DNA of 64,000 nucleotides from Candidatus Levyibacteriota bacterium. Its GTDB lineage: Bacteria; Patescibacteriota; Microgenomatia; Levybacterales; UBA12049. The notes under the pieces are model-generated. The model saw nothing but the letters and a program-made list of their open reading frames with translations, ran no database searches and was not told the DNA's origin. The DNA is taken from assembly GCA_029260905.1 (NCBI GenBank), contig JAJDCH010000011.1, positions 512-64,511 of the forward strand, in the 5' to 3' direction. Of the stretch, positions 40,087 through 48,870 are shown piece by piece. A program made the translations under genes and the position numbers. Positions within the stretch are counted from its first letter, which is position 1. Every line of letters starts with the position of its first letter.

Positions 40087-41907
40087 ATGGCAAACGAAAG
40101 AAAAACAGAAAACATCGTTAGAGAACATTTTAATCGATACAAAGAGCAATTAATTATTGAGGAGCAGTCTTCCGATGTTCCTAAGATAGATAAGTTGCTG
40201 CGACTTGCTTCAAAAAAAGGGAATGGTAAAGGATTCCCAGAGTTTATTATCAGATTTAAGAACAACCCCGATCTAATAATCGTAATAGAATGTAAAGCTG
40301 ACTTCCTAAAACACGAAAGCGAAAATAGAGATAGATATAGTGAATACGCTGTAGATGGTGTCTTACTTTATGCATCATATTTAGCAAAAGAATTTGACGT
40401 TTTAGCAATAGCGGTAAGCGGTGAATCCTTAAACCAATTAAAAGTGTCCCATTTCCTTCAACTGAAAAGTGATAACAAACCAACTCAAAAATTTGGAGTA
40501 CAACTACTTCCTGCAAATGATTACCTTGAGGGATATATCAAGAGTCCTGAGAAATTTCGTCAGGATTACGAAAAGTTACTCACCTTTTCTAAGGAACTAA
40601 ACGAGAAATTGCATGGCTATAAAATTTTAGAAAGTGATAGAAGCCTATTAATTAGCTGTATATTAATTGCACTTGAAAATACTGCATTTATTAAAACTTA
40701 CAAGGATTACTCAAGGGCTGAGGACTTAGCAAGATATCTAGTTGATACGGTAGAGATGGAGTTCAAAAACTCCAATATTCAAGATAAAAAACTCTCAATC
40801 GTTAAGGCTCGGTTTGAATTTATTAAAACTGATACTTCTCTTTCAACAGTTGATGGTGTTCTAAAAGAAATAATTACAGATATTAATGACAACATCAATT
40901 CATTTGTTAGGACTCATAGATACTTCGACGTATTGGGTCAGCTTTACGTTGAGTTTCTAAGATATGCAAACAGTGATAAAGGTCTAGGTATCGTACTTAC
41001 CCCTCCTCATATAACCGAATTTATGGCTGAACTCGCAGAGGTAAATAGAAGCAGCGTTGTATATGACAACTGTACAGGCACTGGAGGATTTCTTGTAAGT
41101 GCAATGAATTTAATGATTAAAGACGCCAAAGACGATTTAGACTTAATTAAAAACATAAAACAACATCAACTGATTGGCGTTGAGTATCAAGCTCACATTT
41201 TTGCTCTTGCTTGTTCAAATATGTTTATTCATCAAGACGGTAAGTCAAGCATACTTAATGGAAGTTGTTTTGACAAAACAATAATTGAACAAGTTAAGGC
41301 TTATAAACCAACAGTTGGTTTATTAAACCCTCCTTACAAAGCAGATAAGAAGAATGACGTTGAAGAACTAGAGTTCATAGTTAATAACTTGGAATGTTTA
41401 GAACAAGGTGGTCGATGTGTTGCAATCGTGCCTATGTCATCGGCATTAGCACAGAAAGGGAAAATTTTACAACTAAAGAAAAAGCTATTGGATAATCATA
41501 CTTTAGAAGCAGTACTCTCCATGCCAGACGAGCTTTTCTTTAACTCGAATGTGGGTGTTATCTCTTGTATTATGGTCTTTACAGCAAAAAGACCTCACCC
41601 ATCTAATAAGAAAACTTTTTTCGGTTATTTCAAAGATGACGGGTTTGAAAAGAGAAAAATGAAGGGAAGAATTGATATTAAAGGTAAATGGAAGTCAATT
41701 AAAGATAGTTGGATTGAAGCATATGTGAATAGGCAAGATATTGCAGGTTCAAGCGTCAATCAAGCAGTTAGAGCCGAAGATGAATGGTGTGCAGAAGCCT
41801 ATATGGAAACTGATTACACTGTTTTAACTAAGAAAGATTTTATTAAATCGGTAAAGGAATTTGTTTATTTTAAAGAGCTATTTACTTATGAAACTAAAGA
41901 AAATTAA
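40087..41907 (+). CDS. BcgI-like (type IIB) fused endonuclease / N6-adenine methyltransferase subunit
   Basis: N-terminal PE..IECK nuclease; DNCTGTGGF; NPPY; DEWC. Confidence 0.85.
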   Translation: MANERKTENIVREHFNRYKEQLIIEEQSSDVPKIDKLLRLASKKGNGKGFPEFIIRFKNNPDLIIVIECKADFLKHESENRDRYSEYAVDGVLLYASYLAKEFDVLAIAVSGESLNQLKVSHFLQLKSDNKPTQKFGVQLLPANDYLEGYIKSPEKFRQDYEKLLTFSKELNEKLHGYKILESDRSLLISCILIALENTAFIKTYKDYSRAEDLARYLVDTVEMEFKNSNIQDKKLSIVKARFEFIKTDTSLSTVDGVLKEIITDINDNINSFVRTHRYFDVLGQLYVEFLRYANSDKGLGIVLTPPHITEFMAELAEVNRSSVVYDNCTGTGGFLVSAMNLMIKDAKDDLDLIKNIKQHQLIGVEYQAHIFALACSNMFIHQDGKSSILNGSCFDKTIIEQVKAYKPTVGLLNPPYKADKKNDVEELEFIVNNLECLEQGGRCVAIVPMSSALAQKGKILQLKKKLLDNHTLEAVLSMPDELFFNSNVGVISCIMVFTAKRPHPSNKKTFFGYFKDDGFEKRKMKGRIDIKGKWKSIKDSWIEAYVNRQDIAGSSVNQAVRAEDEWCAEAYMETDYTVLTKKDFIKSVKEFVYFKELFTYETKEN

Positions 41908-42850
41908 CGAGTTATTTGATATTCAATATGGCAATAGTCTTGAGCTAGTAAATCTAACTGAGTGTGAGGCTGAAGATTTACACTCAGTAAACTTTGTGTC
42001 AAGAACTGAAAAGAATAACGGTGTTTCTGGAATAGTTGAGCAGCTACCTGACCTTGAACCTTTCGAGGCTGGACTCATTACAGTTGCTGGGAGTGGAAAC
42101 TCGGTTTTATCATCATTTATCCAAACTAAGCCATTCTATACAGGATTTCATGTATTTATTCTTCGTCCTCTATCTCCTATGTCTATGATAGATAAACTTT
42201 TCTACTGCTATACCATCAGATTAAATCAATATAAATATAGTTTTGGTCGTCAAGCGAATAAGACATTAAAAGATTTGTTAATTCCAAGCGAAGTACCCGA
42301 TGATTGGAAGAAGCTGGACATTAATAGTTTGAATAATCTCAACAACCAGAGCTTTGATCACAATGATATTAACCTAAATTCTTCTAACTGGGAGTATTTT
42401 AATTTAACGGACTTATTTGAAATTTCAGCTTCAAGAGATGAGTTAATAAATGATCTGAACCTTGGAGGCACAACGCCTTATATAACTTCATCAGACAAAA
42501 TGAATGGAATAACTTCAACAGTTGAAGACGAACCAACAAATCCCGCTGGAACGATAACTGCTAATCGAGGCGGCTCCGTAGGATATTTTTATTACCAACC
42601 CTTCCCTTATAAATCAACTCCAGTTGACGTAAGAATATTAACACCTAAGTTTCAAATAAATGTATATATTGGTTTATTTCTTAAAACCATACTTCAGTTA
42701 GAAAAATACAGATTTAATTACAGTAGGAAGATGGGTAGTGATCGACTAGCTGAATTTAGAATAAAATTACCAACCGAAAACGGTCAACCAAGCTGGTCAT
42801 TTATGGAACAATATATTAAGAGCTTGCCCTATTCAAGTAATTTAAACTAA
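41888..42850 (+). CDS. R-M specificity subunit (two TRDs, BcgIB-like)
   Basis: Internal duplication (LFDI..G/LFEI; KYSFGRQ/RFNYSRK); FMEQYIKSLPYS tail. Confidence 0.82.
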   Translation: MKLKKINELFDIQYGNSLELVNLTECEAEDLHSVNFVSRTEKNNGVSGIVEQLPDLEPFEAGLITVAGSGNSVLSSFIQTKPFYTGFHVFILRPLSPMSMIDKLFYCYTIRLNQYKYSFGRQANKTLKDLLIPSEVPDDWKKLDINSLNNLNNQSFDHNDINLNSSNWEYFNLTDLFEISASRDELINDLNLGGTTPYITSSDKMNGITSTVEDEPTNPAGTITANRGGSVGYFYYQPFPYKSTPVDVRILTPKFQINVYIGLFLKTILQLEKYRFNYSRKMGSDRLAEFRIKLPTENGQPSWSFMEQYIKSLPYSSNLN

Positions 42851-42852
42851 AT

Positions 42853-44334
42853 ATGAAAGCTATCGTAATCGCACGAGTTAGTACAGAAGAACAAAAAGAG
42901 GCTGGTAACTCCCTACCCGCACAAATTGCTAGGCAGAAGAAGTACTTTCAGAGTAAAGGATACCTGATAGAAAAAGAGTTTAGCTTTGATGAAAGTGCCT
43001 ACAAGAATAAAAGAGATGATTTTGACAATATATTGGACTATGTCCTTTCCCAGAAGGAAAAAATCGCAGTAGGATTTGATAAGGTTGATAGGCTATCCCG
43101 TAACATCTTTGATAAGCGTGTTTCTTTTCTTTACGAAAAGGCATTAAGAGATGAGATTGAAATACATTTTGTATCTGATGGTCAGGTTATAACAAGCCAT
43201 TTATCTGCAGTTGAAAAGTTTAATTTTAGTATAAGTCTTGGTCTAGCAAAGTATTATTCTGACGCCATAAGCGATAATGTTAAGCGTGCTCAAGAACAAA
43301 TGCTACGAAATGGGATCTATCCTAGCCGTCCCTCTTTTGGATATAAACGAGCTCCAATAACTAAAGATAAAACAGAAATTGTAGTTGATGAATATGCTTC
43401 TGTAATAGTAAGAAAAGCATATGAGCTTTATGCGACAGGTAGTTTTTCATTGGATTTGTTACGAAAAAAACTCAAAGAAGACTACGGAGTTAATTGGTCG
43501 CATGGCTGGACTGATAAAATTCTAAAAGATCACTTCTACTACGGTGTAATGACTTGGAATAAAAAGCAGTATAACCATAGGTATACTCCTATTATCACAA
43601 AAGCATTATTTGACCAAGTACAACAAATTAAGGCGGGTTTTAATAAGAAACGCTTCAAATATGCTGGATTGCCTTATGTTTTTCGTGGCTTATTACGCTG
43701 TGGGCATTGTGGGCTGTCTATTACACCAGAAAAGCAGAAAGGACATGTCTACTACCATTGTACGCAGTATAACGGCAAACACGGAGCAGAATGGCTACGA
43801 GAAGAAGAAATTACTAATCAGATAGGAAGGGTATTTAAGAATCTACAGTTGCCAGAAGATACATTAAGGAAAGTCGTTGAAACATTAAACTCTACTCATC
43901 AAAACAAAATGGACTTTCAAAATAAGCAGTTTGATAAATTAACCAAAGAAAGGACTGTAACAACCAATATGATTGATAATCTTTATCTTGATAAGTTAAA
44001 GGGGCGTATTACTGATGATGAGTATGACAGGTTTTATCAGTCATTCCGTGAACAATTAAGTGATATAGATACTCGGTTGGCATTACTTCAAGAAGCAGAA
44101 GATAACTACTACATTACGGCTAAATACATATTGGATTTGGCAAATCGGGCGTATGATCTGTTTGTAAGTTCTGAACTTGAAGAAAAACGGCAGTTAATCA
44201 AACTTGTACTTAAGAACCTTAAATTAGAGGGAAAAACTGTTCAATTTGAGGCTGTTAAACCCTTTGATACACTACTATCGTATCAAGATTATCTACCTAT
44301 GCTCCCCCGCGAGGATTCGAACCTCGGACCTTGA
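42853..44334 (+). CDS. Large serine recombinase (integrase); last codons are antisense tRNA
   Basis: ARVST, DRLSR, recombinase domain, CGHC..YYHC zinc ribbon, coiled coil; ends MLPREDSNLGP*. Confidence 0.95.
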   Translation: MKAIVIARVSTEEQKEAGNSLPAQIARQKKYFQSKGYLIEKEFSFDESAYKNKRDDFDNILDYVLSQKEKIAVGFDKVDRLSRNIFDKRVSFLYEKALRDEIEIHFVSDGQVITSHLSAVEKFNFSISLGLAKYYSDAISDNVKRAQEQMLRNGIYPSRPSFGYKRAPITKDKTEIVVDEYASVIVRKAYELYATGSFSLDLLRKKLKEDYGVNWSHGWTDKILKDHFYYGVMTWNKKQYNHRYTPIITKALFDQVQQIKAGFNKKRFKYAGLPYVFRGLLRCGHCGLSITPEKQKGHVYYHCTQYNGKHGAEWLREEEITNQIGRVFKNLQLPEDTLRKVVETLNSTHQNKMDFQNKQFDKLTKERTVTTNMIDNLYLDKLKGRITDDEYDRFYQSFREQLSDIDTRLALLQEAEDNYYITAKYILDLANRAYDLFVSSELEEKRQLIKLVLKNLKLEGKTVQFEAVKPFDTLLSYQDYLPMLPREDSNLGP

Positions 44335-44373
44335 AGTTAACAGCTTCCTGCTCTACCGCTGAGCTACAGGGGA
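44302..44373 (-). tRNA. tRNA-Asn(GTT), CCA not encoded
   Basis: Cloverleaf with acceptor TCCCCTG/CGGGGGA, anticodon loop CTGTTAA, T-loop GTTCGAATC. Confidence 0.97.
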
Positions 44374-44432
44374 ATATTTCCGTATCTTCATCAGAATACA
44401 CGGTAATGGCTATTTTAGCATTTAATCCTCCT

Positions 44433-44466
44433 CAAATCCAGCTAGAAAATTAACGTAAAACCTAGT
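44433..44466 (+). repeat. 34-bp direct repeat, copy 1
   Basis: CAAATCCAGCTAGAAAATTAACGTAAAACCTAGT, identical at 47353-47386. Confidence 0.95.
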
Positions 44467-44552
44467 CGCGGAGCCAAGTTCATTTTTGAAATCCTTAAAG
44501 ATTCTTAATATAACTAACTTCTGAATTATCTTCTTACATTACCCTATTTTGC

Positions 44553-44584
44553 TTAAGAAAACCTTAAGGAAAGTACGATATACT
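44553..44584 (+). promoter_or_regulatory. TTAAG-N6-TTAAG response-regulator box plus -10
   Basis: Followed 10 nt later by TATACT; same geometry at 46284 and 46509. Confidence 0.7.
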
Positions 44585-44591
44585 TCATATC

Positions 44592-45263
44592 ATGAGAATA
44601 CTTATTGTAGAAGACGAAATAAAACTGGCAAATGCTACTAAAAGAGCATTAGAGATACAAAAATATGCGGTAGATGTAGCATATACTGGGACAACTGGAC
44701 TAGACATGGCAATTGGAGAAGACTACGATTTAATTATTCTTGATGTGATGTTGCCTGGAACAGATGGTATCGAAGTATGCAGACAGATACGCACCGCGGG
44801 TAAGCATGTACCCATACTAATGTTAACTGCAAAAGGACAAGTAACAGACAAGGTTATTGGTCTTGATGTAGGTGCTGATGACTATGTTGTGAAGCCATTT
44901 TCATTTGAAGAGTTATTTGCACGAGTACGGGCACTTATACGTCGTCCAAAAAATACTACAGATACTATTCTTAAAATCCAAGATCTTACACTTGATCCTC
45001 AATCTTTCAAGATTACTCGAGCAGGAAAAGATATTGAACTTTCCACAAAGGAATTTTCCCTTCTTGAATATTTACTAAGAAATAAAAACAGAGTTTTATC
45101 GCGGGAACAAATTGTAGCTCATGTTTGGGATTATGACGCTGATGTACTTCCAACTACAATTGAGGTTCATATAAAACACCTGCGAGACAAGATTGATGCT
45201 CAGCATAATATACGAGTAATTAAAACTGTTCGAGGTAGAGGGTATACGATTAGAGATGAATAA
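44592..45263 (+). CDS. OmpR-family response regulator
   Basis: ILIVEDE, LDVMLP, LTA, GADDY..KPF, TVRGRGY. Confidence 0.96.
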   Translation: MRILIVEDEIKLANATKRALEIQKYAVDVAYTGTTGLDMAIGEDYDLIILDVMLPGTDGIEVCRQIRTAGKHVPILMLTAKGQVTDKVIGLDVGADDYVVKPFSFEELFARVRALIRRPKNTTDTILKIQDLTLDPQSFKITRAGKDIELSTKEFSLLEYLLRNKNRVLSREQIVAHVWDYDADVLPTTIEVHIKHLRDKIDAQHNIRVIKTVRGRGYTIRDE

Positions 45264-45266
45264 ATT

Positions 45267-46280
45267 ATGTTTGAAAAGGCACGATTAAAATTAACCACTT
45301 GGTATCTACTAATAATTACGCTTATTACCGTTTTGTTCAGCATTGCCTTCTACCAGGCATCAACACGGGAGGTTGAACGATTAATTAATAGAATAGAATT
45401 TAGACAAGAGTTTCCTGGTATGTCTATTCCAGACAGACCTCCTCGTGGTGCTCCAACTCAACCAAATCTTGAAGAGTTAGAACAATCAAAAAGACAGTTA
45501 CTCTTTATACTAATTGTGATAAATTCGGGGGTAATAGTAGTTGCTGGAGTAGCAAGTTATTTCCTTGCTGGTAGAACACTACGTCCTATCAAGCTTATGC
45601 TAGATGAGCAAGATCAATTTATTTCAAACGCATCTCATGAATTAAGAACTCCAATTGCTACCATGAGAGCAGAAATGGAAGGAAGTTTGCTAGAAAAACA
45701 TATATCTGATAAAAATGCTAGGAGTTTAATTTTTAGCAACCTACAAGAGCTTGGTTCTTTGCAAAATTTAACCAACAATCTTTTGAAGCTTGCCCAAGTT
45801 CATAACTCTAGTTTTGATAACAATATGCACAAACTTTCTCTTCTTGAGATTATTAAATCTGCTAAAAATAAAGTTGCTATATTGGCTAGTAAAAAACAAA
45901 TCAAGATACTAATTAGGTTAGAAGAGTATTTTATTATTGGAGATAAAGCAAATCTTACAGAAGTGTTTGTAACACTGTTGGATAACGCTATTAAATATAG
46001 TCCAACAAAAAGTAACATTAAAATTATTTCAGAAAAACAGAATAAAGTTGTAAAGATATCAATCGTAGATCAAGGAGAGGGTATCTCTAACCGAGATCTG
46101 CCACATGTGTTTAGGAGATTTTTTCGGTCTGATAAGTCTCGTTCCAAGACAGAGGGTTATGGACTCGGACTTTCTATTGCACAAAGAATTGTTGAGACAC
46201 ATAAAGGGTTACTCACGGTAAAAAGTATTGAAAAAAAAGGTACAACATTTATTGTTCAGCTTCCCTTGATTAACTTCTAG
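45267..46280 (+). CDS. Sensor histidine kinase
   Basis: Two TMs, SHELRTP, LDNAIKYS, D.GEGI, GYGLGLSI. Confidence 0.96.
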   Translation: MFEKARLKLTTWYLLIITLITVLFSIAFYQASTREVERLINRIEFRQEFPGMSIPDRPPRGAPTQPNLEELEQSKRQLLFILIVINSGVIVVAGVASYFLAGRTLRPIKLMLDEQDQFISNASHELRTPIATMRAEMEGSLLEKHISDKNARSLIFSNLQELGSLQNLTNNLLKLAQVHNSSFDNNMHKLSLLEIIKSAKNKVAILASKKQIKILIRLEEYFIIGDKANLTEVFVTLLDNAIKYSPTKSNIKIISEKQNKVVKISIVDQGEGISNRDLPHVFRRFFRSDKSRSKTEGYGLGLSIAQRIVETHKGLLTVKSIEKKGTTFIVQLPLINF

Positions 46281-46283
46281 AAT

Positions 46284-46315
46284 TTAAGTAATTGTTAAGA
46301 ATGATTCATTAAATT
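46284..46315 (+). promoter_or_regulatory. TTAAG-N6-TTAAG box plus -10 (TAAATT)
   Basis: Same spacing as the other two boxes. Confidence 0.55.
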
Positions 46316-46338
46316 AAGGTCATAGAAAGATTCTATCT

Positions 46339-46512
46339 ATGACAAATCCTACAAATATCATTGTTTTCTACAAGAGCGAATTAATAATTTTATCAATCCT
46401 GAGTTTTAAGAAAGTAAATACTTCAATAAGAGTTTTTTATAACTATTTTCTTGATATTCTTGTCGACAAAACCATATCTATTATAGAAGAGGATGGGAGA
46501 GAAGAAAATTAA
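46339..46512 (+). CDS. Small 57-aa ORF
   Basis: MTNPTNIIVFYKSELIILSILSFKKVNTSIRVFYNYFLDILVDKTISIIEEDGREEN fills the gap behind a regulator box. Confidence 0.45.
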   Translation: MTNPTNIIVFYKSELIILSILSFKKVNTSIRVFYNYFLDILVDKTISIIEEDGREEN

Positions 46513-46540
46513 GCACATCTTAAGACACATTATTTATAGT
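46509..46540 (+). promoter_or_regulatory. TTAAG-N6-TTAAG box plus -10 (TATAGT)
   Basis: Upstream of the exported protein with SD GAAAGGAGGTG. Confidence 0.7.
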
Positions 46541-46568
46541 AGGAAAGTGAGAAAGGAGGTGAAACAAA

Positions 46569-47105
46569 ATGAATAAAAAAACAATCGCAACATTCGCAGT
46601 CGTAACAGTACTAGGGCTTGGGATATTGGGATCATCGAGTGCATTTGCACAAAGTGCATCGAATAGTCAAAGCCCAATGTCCTCACTTGTGCAAAGAGTT
46701 GCAGAAAAGTTTGGTCTAAACCAAACAGACGTGCAAGCAGTCTTTGACGAAGCGCATGAGGAAAAGAAAGCCGAGAAGCAGGCTAATTTTGAGACTAAGC
46801 TCTCCCAGTATGTAGCAGACGGGAAGATAACTGAAGATCAAAAACAGCTTATTCTTCAGAAGCGTACCGAGCTAGATGCTCAACGTGAAACGAACAAAGA
46901 AAGTATGCAAAATCTTTCTGGTGATGAACGTAGAGCAAAAATGGAAGAAGAAAGATCTGCGCTTGAAGCTTGGGCAACGGAAAATGGTATTGACATCCAA
47001 TATCTGATGCCACAAGGAGGACGCGGCCATGGAGGCTTCAGAGGTCCCGGAGAACGACCAGCAGATGCACCAGAGGCAACTGTTGCTCCAACAACTACTC
47101 AATAA
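46569..47105 (+). CDS. Exported helical protein
   Basis: Signal peptide ending AFA; V.DGKITEDQ motif; strong SD. Confidence 0.8.
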   Translation: MNKKTIATFAVVTVLGLGILGSSSAFAQSASNSQSPMSSLVQRVAEKFGLNQTDVQAVFDEAHEEKKAEKQANFETKLSQYVADGKITEDQKQLILQKRTELDAQRETNKESMQNLSGDERRAKMEEERSALEAWATENGIDIQYLMPQGGRGHGGFRGPGERPADAPEATVAPTTTQ

Positions 47106-47124
47106 AAGGTAGTAGTGAAACCTT

Positions 47125-47160
47125 AAAACAGCTCCCAGTTACCTCTGGGAGCTGTTTTTA
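47125..47160 (+). terminator. Intrinsic terminator
   Basis: AAAACAGCTCCCAG-ttacct-CTGGGAGCTGTTTT. Confidence 0.9.
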
Positions 47161-47352
47161 ATTATGAAACTAGATTGTTTTGGACTATAAATTGGAGCAC
47201 TACGTAATTTCTTTGTCTCATTCCATCTTTGCCTCAAGACTCCAATGTTTATCAGGTTCTTCAAACGATACCGAGCCATCGATTCCCATACAATTGCAAC
47301 TAAATATAGCTAACAAAAGAGACCAGAGATAAGCGAGCTAGATTTTTCAAAC

Positions 47353-47386
47353 CAAATCCAGCTAGAAAATTAACGTAAAACCTAGT
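47353..47386 (+). repeat. 34-bp direct repeat, copy 2
   Basis: Identical to 44433-44466. Confidence 0.95.
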
Positions 47387-47408
47387 AAAGCAAAAGGATA
47401 TTAGATTG

Positions 47409-48041
47409 TTAGTAGACGCGTTTTTTACAAGATGCAGAACCAAGCCATGTATGAGGGTTGCCATCCCAACACCATCCCAGATTAGGCTGCTTTTTTGCAT
47501 TAATCCAGATTGCAGGTACTCGTTGGTCACCCTCGTGTCGTGAGGCAAGTAAGGAAAAACAGTTATTCTTAATCAAAAATTCTGGATAGTGTGTAACTAT
47601 TGCAATACCTTCATCAATAGCAAGAGGCGAGCGACCCTTTTCTACTATTTTATTCATGGCTATGCTTGGGGGTTGATTGATATTGTCCTTACCTCTATCA
47701 ATATCTATAAGCAAGTAGGCTTTGGTGTTAGGAATGTTGACGTTTGAGATAGTGTTAAAGTCACTTGGTGTATGAGGGAACAATTTTATAATTCCAGTTT
47801 TACCATCCTTCTCAACCAATGACATAGCTTTATTGGTTGGGATTAAGTCGCTTTTAACGACAATTACAAAAGGTAAATATCCCTTATCAAAATCACCTTC
47901 TGGTAAATCAAGCTTCTCAACCTCTGCCCTTAATGGTTCAAGAAGATTAATAAATTCACTTTTTGAAATACCAGCTAATTTGTGGTATTCCTTTTGAACG
48001 AGATTTTGAAGTTGGTTATTAAATTCTTGTGTTAATTTCAT
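47409..48041 (-). CDS. DUF5701-like protein
   Basis: GRSPL.IDEGIA, NNCFSLLASR..DQRVPAIW..P.LGWCWDGNPHTWLGSASC. Confidence 0.75.
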   Translation of the reverse strand: MKLTQEFNNQLQNLVQKEYHKLAGISKSEFINLLEPLRAEVEKLDLPEGDFDKGYLPFVIVVKSDLIPTNKAMSLVEKDGKTGIIKLFPHTPSDFNTISNVNIPNTKAYLLIDIDRGKDNINQPPSIAMNKIVEKGRSPLAIDEGIAIVTHYPEFLIKNNCFSLLASRHEGDQRVPAIWINAKKQPNLGWCWDGNPHTWLGSASCKKRVY

Positions 48042-48097
48042 ATCATCCTTTATTGTACAAAATCTACTTAGATCTACAAAGACATAAGGCTAACAAA

Positions 48098-48200
48098 TTA
48101 AGCACAAGCGGTTTGGATACCAAAGGCTTCAAATACTGCCTGGTGTTCTGTAGAGTAAAACCAAACCCTATCGGTTCTTAAATGGGTTTACCAAGGAGAA
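48098..48200 (-). pseudogene. Decayed homolog of the stranded recombinase tail
   Basis: Hand alignment to 36460-36540 gives about 70% identity with two small deletions and mostly synonymous changes. Confidence 0.7.
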
Positions 48201-48259
48201 ATTGGGTAGTCTTTTTATGATATATTGTAAGTAGTATTCATACTTGATAAAATTGATTT

Positions 48260-48673
48260 ATGAAAAATACTTATATCAATATCCCCATCAGAAATGTAGC
48301 AGATACTGACAAGTTTTTCAGGGCGCTTGGAATGGAAAAAAATGAACAATTTGCAAGCGATGACACCACCAACGCACGAATTAATGATAATACTGTTTTG
48401 ATGCTTTTAGAAGACAAACGATTTGCAAGCTTTATCAAGCAAGAACCCAAAAAACTAGAGGGTGGCTTTATCGTCTCCCTGGAGTTTGAAAGTAAAGAAG
48501 AGGTTGATGCCATGTTTAAAAAAGCTATTGAAGCTGGAGCGACAGATACCACGAATTCAGACACAGCAGTTAATTTTATGTATGTTAAATCCATTAAGGA
48601 TATAAACGGGCATTACTGGGAGTTTTTTGTTATGTTGGGTCAAATGCCAACAGCTGAGCACCCCGCAACTTAA
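48260..48673 (+). CDS. VOC/glyoxalase family protein
   Basis: INIP..FF.ALG, EEVD, MY..DINGHYWE. Confidence 0.85.
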   Translation: MKNTYINIPIRNVADTDKFFRALGMEKNEQFASDDTTNARINDNTVLMLLEDKRFASFIKQEPKKLEGGFIVSLEFESKEEVDAMFKKAIEAGATDTTNSDTAVNFMYVKSIKDINGHYWEFFVMLGQMPTAEHPAT

Positions 48674-48717
48674 ACCTAAACCATAGATTTATCCTGAAAT
48701 TAGTGTATAATACAGAT

Positions 48718-48849
48718 ATGGCAAAAAGAGATACAGGAGTTGGGAAAAAAAGAAATAAATTAAAAAGACCTCACAAAACAGCAAAGCGCTTGATGGCCAA
48801 AAAAGTCATGCTTGAAGCTAAAAAACCTGCAAAACGCCGCGCAAAATAA
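48718..48849 (+). CDS. Small highly basic 43-aa protein
   Basis: MAKRDTGVGKKRNKLKRPHKTAKRLMAKKVMLEAKKPAKRRAK; TATAAT 6 nt upstream; 19 K/R. Confidence 0.75.
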   Translation: MAKRDTGVGKKRNKLKRPHKTAKRLMAKKVMLEAKKPAKRRAK

Positions 48850-48870
48850 AACTCCTGATATAATGACTAG

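Larger units (their letters stand above)
36458..44304. mobile_element. Integrative element (~7.85 kb) at the 3' end of tRNA-Asn
   Basis: Serine recombinase running into the tRNA; xis-like, Rep-like and R-M genes; putative core TGCTC at 36458-36462 and 44300-44304 (left end inferred). Confidence 0.78.

Noticed and set aside
36458-44334. Prophage
   Set aside because: No capsid, terminase, portal, tail or lysis genes in the element
44433-44466. dif/Xer site
   Set aside because: Minus-strand TTACGTTAATT resembles the XerD arm, but neither copy has a XerC-like arm at 6-bp spacing
47161-47352. Gene between the terminator and repeat copy 2
   Set aside because: Only short stop-interrupted frames; possibly a decayed fragment but nothing identifiable
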